In this document: positions 1 through 17,793 of the stretch, in pieces
Layout: each line of letters begins with the position of its first letter
How positions within the stretch are numbered: the stretch's first letter is position 1
NCBI RefSeq assembly: GCF_009914755.1
Contig: NC_060934.1
Length of the DNA stretch: 64,000 nucleotides
From: the human T2T-CHM13v2.0 reference genome, Homo sapiens
Reading direction: 5' to 3' (one strand)
Program-made: the position numbers and the translations under genes
Notes under the pieces: model-generated
Told to the model about the DNA's origin: nothing
The model's database searches: none
Seen by the model: the letters and a program-made list of their open reading frames with translations, nothing else

Positions 1-258
1 GCTGGAGTGCAGTGGTGTGATGGCAGGTTGCTCACTGCAACCTCTATCTCCCGGCTTCAAGCGATTCTCGTGCCTCAGCCTACCCAGTAGCTGGGAATAC
101 AGGTGTGCGCCACCAAACCCAGCTAATTTTTGTATTTTTAGTAAAGACAGGATTTCACCATGTTGGCAAGTCTGGTCTTGAACTCTGGACCTCTGGTCAT
201 CTGCCCACCTCGGCCTCCCACAGTGCTGATATTACAGGTGTGAGCCACCATGCCCAGC
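1..258 (-). mobile_element. Alu (partial at window edge)
   Basis: Alu consensus in reverse orientation. Confidence 0.95.
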
Positions 259-536
259 CAACACTGCTTTAAATACAAATTCTTCCTCTTGGGATCATAA
301 GACTTACACGGACCTCTAAGTACCCAACATTTTCTCTTTATAAATATCAATCTTCACAAATATTATTTCCTTAAGTACATACTCCACTTAGCTCCCTCCT
401 CTCAATAGGCCTGCCACTGAGGAAAACACCAGCTCTCACGGCACAGGCTACACTGAAGTTCAGTCATCGTTATTTAAAAAAAAAAAAAAAAAAAAGCTCA
501 ACAGTAGGTTTATCTCACTAGAGGTTTCCAACACAC

Positions 537-542
537 TTTATT
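537..542 (-). terminator. SEPHS1: Distal polyadenylation signal AATAAA
   Basis: tttatt on the plus strand, followed on the minus strand by a GU/U-rich element and a T20 run (476-495). Confidence 0.8.
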
Positions 543-1176
543 TTGCAGACCACTGGTTTGTAGCTTTTGAGGACCAACATCTCTATCAATTCCTATAAAA
601 TGTCCAATCACTTTCAGTTCCGTAGCAGGCTCTTCCATACTGCACACCATGCTTATGGCTGGAGGTCCAGTTACACATGCATGAAGGCTGCCCTGCCCAC
701 TGGTTCCTGGAGGAGGGCGCGTCCGAGTTAAAGCCTCTTCCAGGAGCTTGAACTTCCCAGGGGTCATTTCCTTTGGCAAGAAGTCAGTTTACATGTGCAG
801 CTTTGGTGCCTGTGAGCAGAAAGCACCAGAAATGGGCAGGATGTGCTGCTTTTTCTCTCACGAAGATGGGCACTTGAGGATCCAGCGCCCTTGTGCTTAA
901 TGACAGGAATCCCTCCTCATTGCTTAGTAGGTTAAAATATAAGGAAGCCTCCACTTTACATAACACAGAGAACACCTTTTTAGATTGCCTATTTATTCTA
1001 GAACTACAAAATTTAATTCAAGAAAATATAGGTCCCATGAAAGACTTAAAAGTTTTATAAAACTAAAATCTAGTTTTTCCCGATAAATTGTACTTTAGGC
1101 AAAACCCTCCCAACGCTTCTAAAATAATACTAAAAGGGGCATCTGATTATACAAGAGCAATTTAAAAAATTAAATA

Positions 1177-1182
1177 TTTATT
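1177..1182 (-). terminator. SEPHS1: Candidate intermediate poly(A) signal AATAAA
   Basis: tttatt on the plus strand, with U-rich sequence downstream on the minus strand. Confidence 0.5.
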
Positions 1183-2069
1183 TGAATAACAAGTTTAAGT
1201 TCGAGCTGCAATGTTGGCAATGCAGGTTTTTAACACAGATCACAAAAAGCGTGCACAAAAAAGTACTGGCGCAAAGGACAAAATAATGCTAAGAATTAGG
1301 CCAAACAGCTGCTGATTTTAAGAAAACAAAAGGCCTGAAATCACTGTACAAAATAGAAAATGTATTAAACACTACCATCCACAGAACAGTCTTTACTATT
1401 GATTATATTTAAAAATTATTTGTGTAATTATATATTGAATTGTAAATGAGTATTATACATGAACCTCCATTCGGAAGGCAATTCCTTGTAGCACTATAGA
1501 ACATCTAATAACATTGCAAAAAGTATCCTTTTTTGCTATCGATAAAACAGTTAATGGTATTACTGTAAATATCAGGAAGGCTACAAAAAAAGAAATAAGA
1601 TTTCTTTTTTGTCTTCAAAGTGTTTTCCATGCAATGAAGCACTTGCTGTGTTGAACTGAATGCACTACTGGAGAATGTTCTGGGTCCGAGATGCTCTTGA
1701 GAGACAAGACTAGGCTTTTCAAATCAAACACTCAAAGGAATCATGCAACCCTCTTATGACTGGGATACCGTCATGTGCCACTTACCAATGCTGTCTCTCC
1801 AGAAAACCATTCAAGACGCTTAAAAAAAAAAATCAGACTTATATGATAAATATACATAAAATGAAGACACCAACTGCTATTTGACACGACTACGGGTAAT
1901 GCCTGTGCTATGTGAAAGCACCTTTAAAAAGCCTATGCGGCAAGAGATAAGTGTCTAAAGATTCAAAATGAATCAACAGTATTGGATAACAATATAATTC
2001 TCAACTCAGAAGCTGCCTCAAGATTAGGTGCATCTTCAGTTAATGTAACAGGAAAAAAAGGCAATGGAT

Positions 2070-2080
2070 TTTATTTTATT
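2070..2080 (-). terminator. SEPHS1: Candidate proximal overlapping poly(A) signals AATAAAATAAA
   Basis: Two overlapping AATAAA hexamers about 145 nt after the stop codon. Confidence 0.5.
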
Positions 2081-2222
2081 AATTGTATCCACTTACAAAC
2101 CGACCTAAGGTCACCCCGATGTGTAGACACAATGAGATTTTTGTTGTTTATAGTCTTTAATTGAAGTGATAAGGGAAATAGATCTATTTAAAAACAAAAC
2201 CAAACAGCTATTTCTGTCTAGA

Positions 2223-2437
2223 TTAAGAGGTGGCCCCGGGTGTGGGATTCACATTTTGAGTGGCCACTTGTGGTGCGACCTCGATGATCCGGGGTTTGTC
2301 TATGATTCTGGCTGTGCGGTTGCCCTTCTCTACAATCCCAATAATCCATGCTTGGTGGCCTTCACCATATTTGGGGGACTTTATCTCTGCACAGAACCGA
2401 GCTGCTTGCTCACGTGGTAAACAGATCAGAAGGCCGC
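2223..2437 (-). CDS. SEPHS1: SEPHS1 exon 9 coding part to the TAA stop
   Basis: [71 protein letters not shown]; acceptor TTTTGCCAG|GC. Confidence 0.98.
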
Positions 2438-3284
2438 CTGGCAAAAGAAAACAAGAATGACTGTTAGTGTTGACATGACAGCAGCTTCTCTGCCTCTGCT
2501 GTTTCTGCAGAGATCCAACTTCCATCAACAACTTGCTGCCACCTATATGCAAGTAGCTCTTCCCATTCAACTAAGCAGCTTTTTTTTGAGACAGGGTCTC
2601 ACTCTGTGGCCCAAGCTGGAGTGCAGTGGTACAATCACAGCTCACTGCAGCCTCAATGTCCTGGCTCAGGTGACCCTCCCACTTCAGCTTTCCCAGTAGC
2701 TGTGATTACAAGTGTGCACCACCACACCTGGCTAATTTTCTGTAGAGACAAGGTTTCACTGTGTTGTCCAGGCTGGTCTAAAACTCCTGGACTCAAGCAA
2801 TCCACCTGCCTTGGCCTCCCAAAGTGCTGAGATTACAGGAATGAACCACCACTCCCAGCCTAAGAGGCCTGTTCTATGCTGTAATTAAGCAATTGCTAGT
2901 AAACTCCTAACACACACACATATACACTCCAACTTTCAACTGTGAAAATGACCTATTCGTGAACCACATAACACTGTGTAGGGGTAAGGTGTTTGGGGCT
3001 TCAATAACCCATGTGGTAGCTATTTTTTCCAAGCTACACTGAAACAAATATTGACAAACAAAAGGGAACTTTTGATTCTCTACATCGACTCTCTCATTTT
3101 ACCGAGAATGCTTTTTTGTATTTTTAGAAAATTTAAGACTCATGAAACAGTGTATGCCCCAAAGTATCTAGGTTCCAGTCATGACTCTGTCATTATATCC
3201 AAAAGACAAACAGTATAAAATACATTAAAATAAACCTTTGTTGCTCTTTCCAGTAAATAGGCCATAAATTTTTTTTTTTTTTGA

Positions 3285-3386
<102 letters not shown>

Positions 3387-3469
3387 TGAGTAGCTGGGAC
3401 TACAGGCGCCCGCCACCACACCCGGCTAATTTTTTGTATTTTTAGTAGAGACAGGGTTTCACCGTGTTA

Positions 3470-3574
<105 letters not shown>

Positions 3575-3701
3575 CTAAGTAGAAATAAGATGATGAGGAA
3601 AAACTGTAGTCTACTTCTACAAAATGTAAAAACCTTGTGGCTGGGCATGGTGGGTCACACGTGTAATCCCAGCACTTTGGGAGGCCGAGGCGGGTGGATC
3701 A

Positions 3702-3913
<212 letters not shown>

Positions 3914-4790
3914 TTAAAAACTTCCTATTTCTGAAGAAAGGAAACAAATTTAAATGGCTGGTAACATTCGTCAATTCATTCAATTTCCATTCAGTGCCCA
4001 ATTATGTGGCAGACACTGTCCTGGCCAGAGCCTGAACCAGCAGGGGAAAAAAACCCTGCCCTGTTGGAGCTTACTTCTAGAAAATGGTTTGTTTTTTTAA
4101 ACGGGAGGCTGAAGCGTCCTCTATAATGGCGGTGAGAGGCCTGGCAGAGTCCTGAAGCCCCCTCGCCACAGCACAGGTCGACGTGACCAGGGCTTTGTGG
4201 TCCCAGCACTGTGGTCCCTTGCCCCGGCCTACTACGGAATCTCCCAGGCAGCCTTCACAGATGCTGAGGCCCAGGCCCACCCGAGATGGATCCCACCGTT
4301 TTTGGGAGGCTGGGGCTAGGCATGTGTATTTTTCTTTTTTTTTTTGAGACAGAGTCTCACTCTGTCGCCCAGGCTGTAGTGCAGTGGGGCGATCTTGGCT
4401 CACTGCAACCTGTGCCTCCTGGGTTCAAGCGATTCTCCTGCCTCAGCCTCTGGAGTAGCTGGGATTACAGGGCACACGCCACGACGCCCCGCTAATTTTT
4501 GTATTTTTAGTAGAGACAGGATTTCACCATGTTGGTCAGGCTGGTCTCGAACTCCTGACCTCGACCTCCCAAAGTGCTGGAATTACAGGCGTGAGCCACC
4601 AGGCCTGGCCGGCATGTGTATATTTAAAATCCTAAGGTGATTCCACTCTTTTGCGGGTAGAAAACTAGAGTTCTAGAGGAAAGGAAATAGAAAAAGAGAG
4701 AAACTGAAAAAAAGGGGAAAACAGGGAGACTTAAAAGATGAAAACAGTAAAGGTAAAGGGAACAAAGGGGGCAAAAGAGAAATGGTACTT

Positions 4791-5163
4791 CAGGAGGACG
4801 CGCCATCTGGCTCCAGCTGGGGCTGCGGGAGTGGGAATGAGCGATGGCGAGCCTGTAGGCTGTGGGTGGCGGCCTCGGCGGCCGGCAGGCCATGCTGGAG
4901 TACCTGCCATGATGAAGAGGAGGACGTCCCACAAGTTCCGGACAGATGTGGCCACCAAATTAATCAGGAAACAAAAGGAGCTTAATCTTAGAAAAATGAT
5001 AAGGGATATAAAAGCTCCCTAGGAGTCAAACTACTGGGGCGTATGGTGTCAGACCTGCACTGCTGTCTGATGGCTCTCTCTACCTACGCTTGCTCCATCT
5101 CCCGTTTATCCTCCATTTATGTTTCCTCTAATAAATTACTGCACATCTAAGAAAAAAGAAAAA
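4791..5163 (+). pseudogene. Processed retrocopy of a short transcript containing a SPIN1-like segment, antisense within SEPHS1 intron 8
   Basis: GC-rich 5' end, AATAAA at 5130-5135, decayed poly(A) at 5149-5163. Flanking direct repeat aaaagagaaatggtactt (4773-4790) / aaaagaaaaatggcattt (5154-5171). 4885-4934 encodes AGHAGVPAMMKRRTSHK, close to the SPIN1 N-terminus AGHAGVSANMMKKRTSHK as I recall it. Confidence 0.75.
5088..5146 (-). other. SEPHS1: Candidate alternative (cryptic) SEPHS1 exon encoding D-V-Q-stop; 3' boundary uncertain
   Basis: Acceptor CCATTTTTCTTTTTTCTTAG|ATGTGCAGTAA in phase with exon 8 (TCA G|AT GTG CAG TAA). Possible donors after 5088, 5084, 5055 or 4904. Confidence 0.65.
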
Positions 5164-5174
5164 TGGCATTTTAA

Positions 5175-5462
<288 letters not shown>

Positions 5463-5914
5463 TGATGTGCCTGCCTCAGCCTCCTGAGGTGCCAGTATTA
5501 CAGGCAAGAGCCACCACACCTGGCCCCTTTTCTCTCTATCATTCTTAAAACAACGTTAGACAATTTTCAAGGAAAAAAATATCACCTGTTCAAAGTAACC
5601 TAGGGGTATTACAGTTAATTTCAAATGCGAAGCTTTCAGTAAAAACTGAATGCTACCTTATTTCCCCCATCACCATATCCTTGCATCAAAAAGAGCACAG
5701 GCCACTCAACCTCAGCAAGGCTGCTGGATCCACCCAGGATGGCGGGGACCAGACCCACCGGGAGGAGGAAAGGCACCAGCTGCTGCGGAGGCCGAGGTCA
5801 GCAGCATGGAACTCGAACAGAGTGGGGGCCCACTCGGGGTGGGGCTGCTGCTTTCTCGCTGAGCTTTCTGTTAGCCTCACTATTTAGTCCTCAGATGCGC
5901 CCAGCATCCTGTAC

Positions 5915-6127
5915 CTGAAGTCTCCGGGCAGGTCCCGTGCATGAGGCCGAACATGTTTCCGCAGGCCTTGCTCACCGCAGCCATCTTGGCCAGCACCGGG
6001 AGGTTGTGAATTACAAACGACACCTCGTTCCTCTGCTGCTTGGCCAGGTTCTGCGCATGGCCCAAAATCCCGAAGCCCGTGATGTCAGTGGCGGCGTGGG
6101 CATTGAACGTGTGCATGAGTCCTGCAG
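5915..6127 (-). CDS. SEPHS1: SEPHS1 exon 8 (213 nt, frame-preserving)
   Basis: [35 protein letters not shown]...GTCPETS (DITGFG motif); acceptor CTCTCCCAG|CT, weak donor CAG|GTACAG. Confidence 0.98.
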
Positions 6128-6454
6128 CTGGGAGAGAGAGGGGGCGGCTCTGAGAAAAAACACCTTTCCTCAACTCAAAAATCTTACGTCCACAATTAAT
6201 CTGCAACTTCCTTACTTGTCAGGGAGATGACGTATCGGAATAATGAAAACGCAATGTAAAATCAACCAAAGACATAGTGAAATTCCAAAAGTTCTTATTT
6301 CACTTTGAGCCACCTGAAAACTATCAGAAGCTTCAATTAATAGTAGTTTTCCAGTAAACTAAAAAAACTATGCAGAGGGATTATGATCTCAGTGGAAGGT
6401 AAACCGGCCAAGACCATCCTAAAACCAAAGACCGGCACTTTTTTCCTTTTTTGA

Positions 6455-6562
<108 letters not shown>

Positions 6563-7069
6563 TAGCTGGGACTACAGGTGCGCACCACCACGCCCAGCTA
6601 ATTTCTGTATTTTTAGCAGAGACAGGGTTTCACCATATTGGCCAGGCTGATCTTGAACTCCTGACCTCATGATCCGCCCGCCCTGGCCTCCCAAAGTGCT
6701 GGGATTACAGATGTGAGCCACCACACCCGGCCAAGACCAGCACTTTTTAAGAAGGCCTTGCTCAGTATCAAGGTACTCCCGCGAAAGGTGAATTGCGTGC
6801 AAGTTTATTTTTAAATTTCTTTCTTTTTTTTTTTTTTAAGAGACAGAGTCTTGCTCTGTTGACCAGGCTGGAGTGCAGTGGCATGATCATAACTCAATGC
6901 ACTTGGGCTCAGGCAATCGTCCTGCCTCAGCCTCCCAAAGCGCTGGGATCACAAGTGTGAGCCACTGCTCAATAATATTCCATACTACAGATACACTACA
7001 TTTTGTTTATCCATTCATCCACTCACCTACTATTATTTAATTATCCATTCACCCGACCTATTATTTAAT

Positions 7070-9250
<2,181 letters not shown>

Positions 9251-10010
9251 CTAGGCCAGGTGCAGTGGCTCACGCCTGTAATCCCAGTACTTTGGGAGGC
9301 CGAGACAGGCGGATCACAAGGTCAGGGGTTCAAGACTAGCCTGGCCAACATGGTGAAAACCCATCTCTACTAAAAATACAAAAATTAGCCAGGCGTGGTG
9401 GCGGGCGCCTATAATCCCAGCTACTTGGGAGGCTGTGGCAGAAGAATCACTTGAAGTCGGAAGGCGGAGGTTGCGGTGAGCCAAGATCCTGCCACTGCAC
9501 TTCAGCCTGGGCGAAAGAGCAAAACTCCATCTCAAAAAAAAAAAAAAATCAGTTGACTATAATATGGACCTACCTCTGGATTCTCTATTCTGTTCCTCTG
9601 ATCTATAACTTTTTTTTTTTTTTTGAGACATGATCTCACCCTGTCACCCAGGCTGAAGCGTAGGGGTATGATCACCACTCACTGCAGTCTCAACATCCTG
9701 GGCTCAAGTAATCCTCCCACCTCAGCCTCTCGAGTAGCTTAGACTACAGGAATGCACCAGGCGCAGCTAAAGAGACGAGATGGGGTCTCACTATGTTGCC
9801 TAGGCTGGTCTCCAACTGCTGGACTCAAGTGATCCTCCTGCCTCAACCTCCCAAAGTGCTGGATTATAGGTGTGAGCCACTGTGCCTGGCTATAACTTTC
9901 TTACAAGTAACAACAAATTACAGAAAATTTTTATTTCCAAATGAATTGTAAAACAATAGGTAAAAGATAATTGTGGTACATTTCTCTGGTAGAACATTAT
10001 CTAGTCATTA

Positions 10011-10548
<538 letters not shown>

Positions 10549-11397
10549 CTATTTTCCGTTTTCTAAAAACTTTTCTATAATAAGCATGTAATTCTTTTAT
10601 AGTAGAAAAAATGTATAAAATAAATGGGAAGAGAAGACATATTAAAAAACGCTTTCTAAACATAGTGTGCCATTGTAAACTGTGGTGAACACTTTGGAAG
10701 ACAGTTTGGCACTATCTATAAAAGCTGAGCCAGTACTGATCTCTTACACGTGCCTCAGAGGGCTGGGCCAAGGAAGTCCATAGCAGTCGCCCCAGTGTGA
10801 AACAGGAGAGCAGAGAAGCCAGTGGAAAAATCAACACAGCCAAAAGGAATCTACTACAGCTACATATAACAAGGAGACTCTCAGGAACAATGGTGAATAA
10901 AACAAGTAAAAAAAATGCAAAACTAATTTGCTGCTTAAGAACACAAGGGCTGTGCAATAAAAATATTCTAAAATGCAAGAAAATAAACACAAAATTCAGT
11001 GGTTACACCTAAGCAGGAATGCAGGGGATGGGTGGGAGTGGGGGCACTTCTAGACTTCCAAGGTTATGTTCTGGAAATAGCTCCAGTAAACTTTCTAAAT
11101 TTCCATTCTGAATGGTTTGCTTCCAAATCTTACATAGGTAACCCACACAAACGCTTTCTAGAAATAGTTTCTCTGGTATGTCAGAAGTTAGGACTTCCTT
11201 CTTAATTATAAAGCACTGTAAGTCAGGGACCATCTGCAGTGATCTATGGAATGCCAACCTGGTACCAGGAGAAGACGGTCTGTAGTCACTGGCCAAAAAT
11301 CTGGCCACCTACCCTGAGACAGTATGTGGCCAGAAAAGCCTAAGACATTTACTGTCTTGGATCCCTGGGACCGAAGCGCCCTTCCCACCTGTCATAC

Positions 11398-11497
11398 CTG
11401 TCCTGTTGAGCCTCGCCATGTTCATCATCGCCTCCTGGTAGGCCAGCTCTACATCTTCTTGGGTGACCACTAGTTTAATCTTATTCCATTTCTCAGG
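11398..11497 (-). CDS. SEPHS1: SEPHS1 exon 7 (100 nt; not in the ORF track)
   Basis: Read manually: [34 protein letters not shown]; acceptor TATCAG|CC, donor CAG|GTATGA. Confidence 0.97.
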
Positions 11498-12744
11498 CTG
11501 ATAATAGAAATGTAGGTGAGGGAGAGAAAGAGAGGAAAATGTGATTAATCTTTACTTCTAGCAACTGAGAAAAACAGCAACTTTTTCTTATTTAACTTCT
11601 AGGGACTTTAATTCAGAAAACTGAATTTTCCAACTCTGGTTTTTCTGTGGATAGTATTTTAGGTGTCCATTAGACCTGTCAGCATGGCGTCTTTTCTGTT
11701 CTCATCCCACATTTCTGTAATTAAGTGCTGTGATTTATTGGGTATGTGTAGTCTAGCGGGACACACGGCGGCACTGCTGTACATGCAGTGTAGTGTCCTG
11801 CTAGTGGAGAAGGGCTCCCCCATCCCTGACACTCCCTGCCTCACCTGCTTCCAGCTCCCTGCTAGCTCAGGCCTGGGAGGTGGGGCTGGAAGGCACCTCT
11901 GCGCAACATCCCCGCAGTGGCCTTCTGCTCTGCTCCCCATCACAGGGGGAGGAGGGAAAAACTGCTAAAGAACGTGGCAGCCTTAGAGAATTTCTCTACC
12001 CTGCTACATCAAGCTAAGATATACCAGGTTGATGAAAGACGTGTAATTATTGATTATTCTCTTTCAACTGTTTCTCAGGACTGGTAGTTTCAGATGATAG
12101 TTGTAGAAATTAAATGCACCATGATATGTGAGAATATACCCCAATCTTATTAATTTGTGAGTTGTTACGGCAATGAAGAAAACCAATCTTAAAGTATGAT
12201 TATAGCTCACTGGAAAAATGACTCACAAGACATATCCTCATTATAGATAGATTCATTCTGCACAAGAGAATTATTTATCAAAATGTTCTGAGTTACTCAT
12301 CAGTTTAAAAAGACAAAACTACCAAACAAAAACAACCAAAAACTGCATAAAACAATTTAAACTGTCAATAACCCTGGTTTTATTTATACCCCAAACACTA
12401 CGCCTTCCACCAATTCTCCTTCATATTATTTCTTAGTGATGTTTAAGACATGAAAGACGAAGCTATCTCAGGGCCAAGTAAACAAAGCTAACCCCCTGCC
12501 GAGCAAATTCTTTACAGAAAAATCTTAAAGCTCCAAGCTGGGGCTTACCTACTGCAATCAAGCATTCAATATGCAAAACTGTTATTTAAAGACTATGAAC
12601 AATTCCTAGGATTTCTTTAAGGACTTGACTAATATTAACTCCCTGGATATGAAACTAAAAAACCTCATTTCCCAAATCCTCCAACAAAAATTACCTGCAA
12701 ACGTACCATTCCCCTCCCTCCCATCACAGCAGTGGTTTACTCAC

Positions 12745-12835
12745 GATATCCAGCCACTGGTGCACAGCCACTGCCACCTGTGTCCCCAGGGGTTTTGTCA
12801 GCACCAGCACGTCCCCTGGCACTGCATTGTCTGGC
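12745..12835 (-). CDS. SEPHS1: SEPHS1 exon 6 (91 nt)
   Basis: [30 protein letters not shown]; acceptor TTTCTTCAG|G, donor ATC|GTGAGT. Confidence 0.98.
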
Positions 12836-13875
12836 CTGAAGAAAAGAAAAGGGCATGTTCTAGTCAAACTAACCAAGGAGATGAGCTCATTGTTATTAAC
12901 ACAAGAGAAGGAATAATCTGTCAAAAATATATCTGCCTTTGCATTTACTTAAATTGAAGCCAACTACCAGCATGTATGGGACAGAGCCTTGCAACCTGCT
13001 ACTGAGGCTATTGCTGGAACAAAACATTCAGCCATCAGGCTGGACACAGTGGCTCATTTCTGTAACCCCAGCACTTTGAGAGGTCAAGAGGGGAGGATCA
13101 CTTGAGCCCAGGAGTTCAGGACCAGCCTGGGCAACACAACAAGGACCCCATTTCAAAAATAATATACATATTTTTAAAAAGAATGAAACATTTAGCCTTC
13201 AAACGTTTCATCAGGCCCAGATTTCCCCTCGACCACATACGAGTGTATGTGTAATTTTCACTACAGACCCACTAGCATTCAAAAGCTTCTGAAACAGAGA
13301 GTGCTTCTTTATGATCACTGATATGCTAGAGACTCAGGACGGATTTTTCGGCCCAGGGGTTTGGTGGATTTGCAGGCAATCTGTGGGTCTAATGTCTTGG
13401 TGATTTCTGCCTCCAGGTTCTCAAACTCAGACTGACCGATGGTGAGTTTCCTACCTGGCACCCAGACGCCTTGGTGGTCCCTGTCTTAGAGACAGAAGGC
13501 AATACTAAAAAGGCACCTCTAAAAGATGACAACTGGTGCCCGAATGAAACATCTACCAGACTTGCATTCACACTACCAGGAAGCAGGTCTGAGAGTTGTG
13601 CCTTTCGCAGCTTCAGCAGCTGAGCTCCTGAATCGTTCCATTCCCCGATGCTGGCCTCCTCAGGTACTCACCCAAGTCGATGAAAACAAAGCCAGGGCCA
13701 CAGACTTCAATACCAACACCCAGCTCCCCAGCTCAACCTATACCATTTGTATCCACTCTCAGCTTTGAAAAATAGAATTCTGTGACTACGCAAGAAACTT
13801 GTTTTCCAAAAACCAGACCTGAAGACATAAATGTCTTCGAATTCAGACTCAGTTGTACCATAAAGTTGATGTTCT

Positions 13876-14431
13876 TTTTTTTTTAAAATTATACTTTAAG
13901 TTCTAGGGTACATGTACACAACATGCAGGTTTGATACATAGGTATACATGTGCCATGTTGGTTTGCTGTACCCATCAACCCGTCCTTTACATTAGGTATA
14001 TCTCCTAATGCTATCCCTCCCCCAGCCCCCTACCCCCGACAGGCCCTGGTGTGTGATGTTACCCGCCCTGTGTCCAAGTGTTCTCATTGTTCAACTCCCA
14101 CCTATGAGTGAGAACATGCGGCGTTTGGTTTTCTGTCCTTTTGATAGTTTGCTTAGAATGATGGTTTCCAGCTTCATCCATCTCCCTGCAAAGTACATGA
14201 ACTCATCCTTTTTTACGGCTGCGTAGTATTCCACGGTGTGTATGTGCCACATTTTCTTAATCCAGTCTATCATTGATGGACATTTGAGTTGGTTCCAAGT
14301 CTTAGCTATTGTGAATAGTGCTGCAATAAACATATGTGTGCATGCGTCTTTACAGCAGCATGATTTATAATCCTTTGGGTATATACCCAGTAATGGGATT
14401 GCTGGGTCAAATGGTATTTCTAATTCTAGAT
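13876..14431 (-). mobile_element. L1PA (PA6/7-like) 5'-truncated 3' end
   Basis: ORF2 C-terminus ([33 protein letters not shown]...), L1PA 3' UTR and T tail. Confidence 0.92.
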
Positions 14432-14588
14432 CTTTTTTTTTTTGAAACTGAGTTTCACTCTGTCACCCAGGCTGGAGTACAGTGGCACGATCTTGGCTCA
14501 CTGCAACCTCCGCCTCCTGGGTTCAAACCACTCTCCTCAGTCTCCTGAGTAGCTGGGATTACAGGCGCCTGCCATCGTGCCCGGCTAA

Positions 14589-14729
<141 letters not shown>

Positions 14730-14749
14730 TGACTTTTCTTAACAAGACA

Positions 14750-16170
<1,421 letters not shown>

Positions 16171-16192
16171 ATCTATTTTTTTTTTTTTTTGA

Positions 16193-16351
<159 letters not shown>

Positions 16352-16412
16352 TAGTAGAGATGGGGTTTCTCCATGTTGGTCAGGCTGGTCTCAAACTCCC
16401 AACCTCAGGTGA

Positions 16413-16760
<348 letters not shown>

Positions 16761-16856
16761 TGAGCCACTGCACCTGACCTTAATACATCAATTTTTAAAA
16801 AGAGAGGACAGAGAGAGAAAAACAGGTCAGGTGATATGAAACAAAAATCAACTTAC

Positions 16857-17011
16857 ATGATAAATTCATTGGGTTGGCAGACAGTGGTAGCCACTCCTCC
16901 CAGGACAATCCAGGGGTTTAGTACTGTTTGGCCGCCTGTTACAGACGTTCCTGCTTCCTCAGCTGCGTCTTTAAAACCTTGGATAATCAGAGGCATCACT
17001 TTATCCCTTTC
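16857..17011 (-). CDS. SEPHS1: SEPHS1 exon 5 (155 nt; not in the ORF track)
   Basis: Read manually: [52 protein letters not shown]; acceptor CCTTAG|GA, donor CAT|GTAAGT. Confidence 0.97.
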
Positions 17012-17174
17012 CTAAGGTTGAAAAAGGTACAAATAAAAAGTCAAAGAATTCTGTTCAAAACCCAGAAAAGAAGGTTTTTACACTTACAGTTATAAAAAGA
17101 ACCATAAAATCCTAAAGGAAGTCCTCAAAGTTTACAGACAGGGAAGGTTGTTAGGGGCCAGGCATAATCGCTCA

Positions 17175-17793
<619 letters not shown>

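Larger units (their letters stand above)
510..2222 (-). other. SEPHS1: SEPHS1 3' UTR (~1.7 kb, repeat-free, AU-rich)
   Basis: Continuous with the stop codon. No Alu despite Alu-dense flanks. Ends after AATAAA at 537-542. Confidence 0.85.

Noticed and set aside
510-2222. SECIS element in the 3' UTR
   Set aside because: No in-frame UGA in the CDS and no AUGA/GA kink-turn stem that I could identify; not computationally excluded
4664-4790. Long polypyrimidine tract with two AG acceptors (exon starts 4672, 4664) on the SEPHS1 strand
   Set aside because: No convincing nearby donor, and it would run into an Alu; weaker support than the 5146 acceptor
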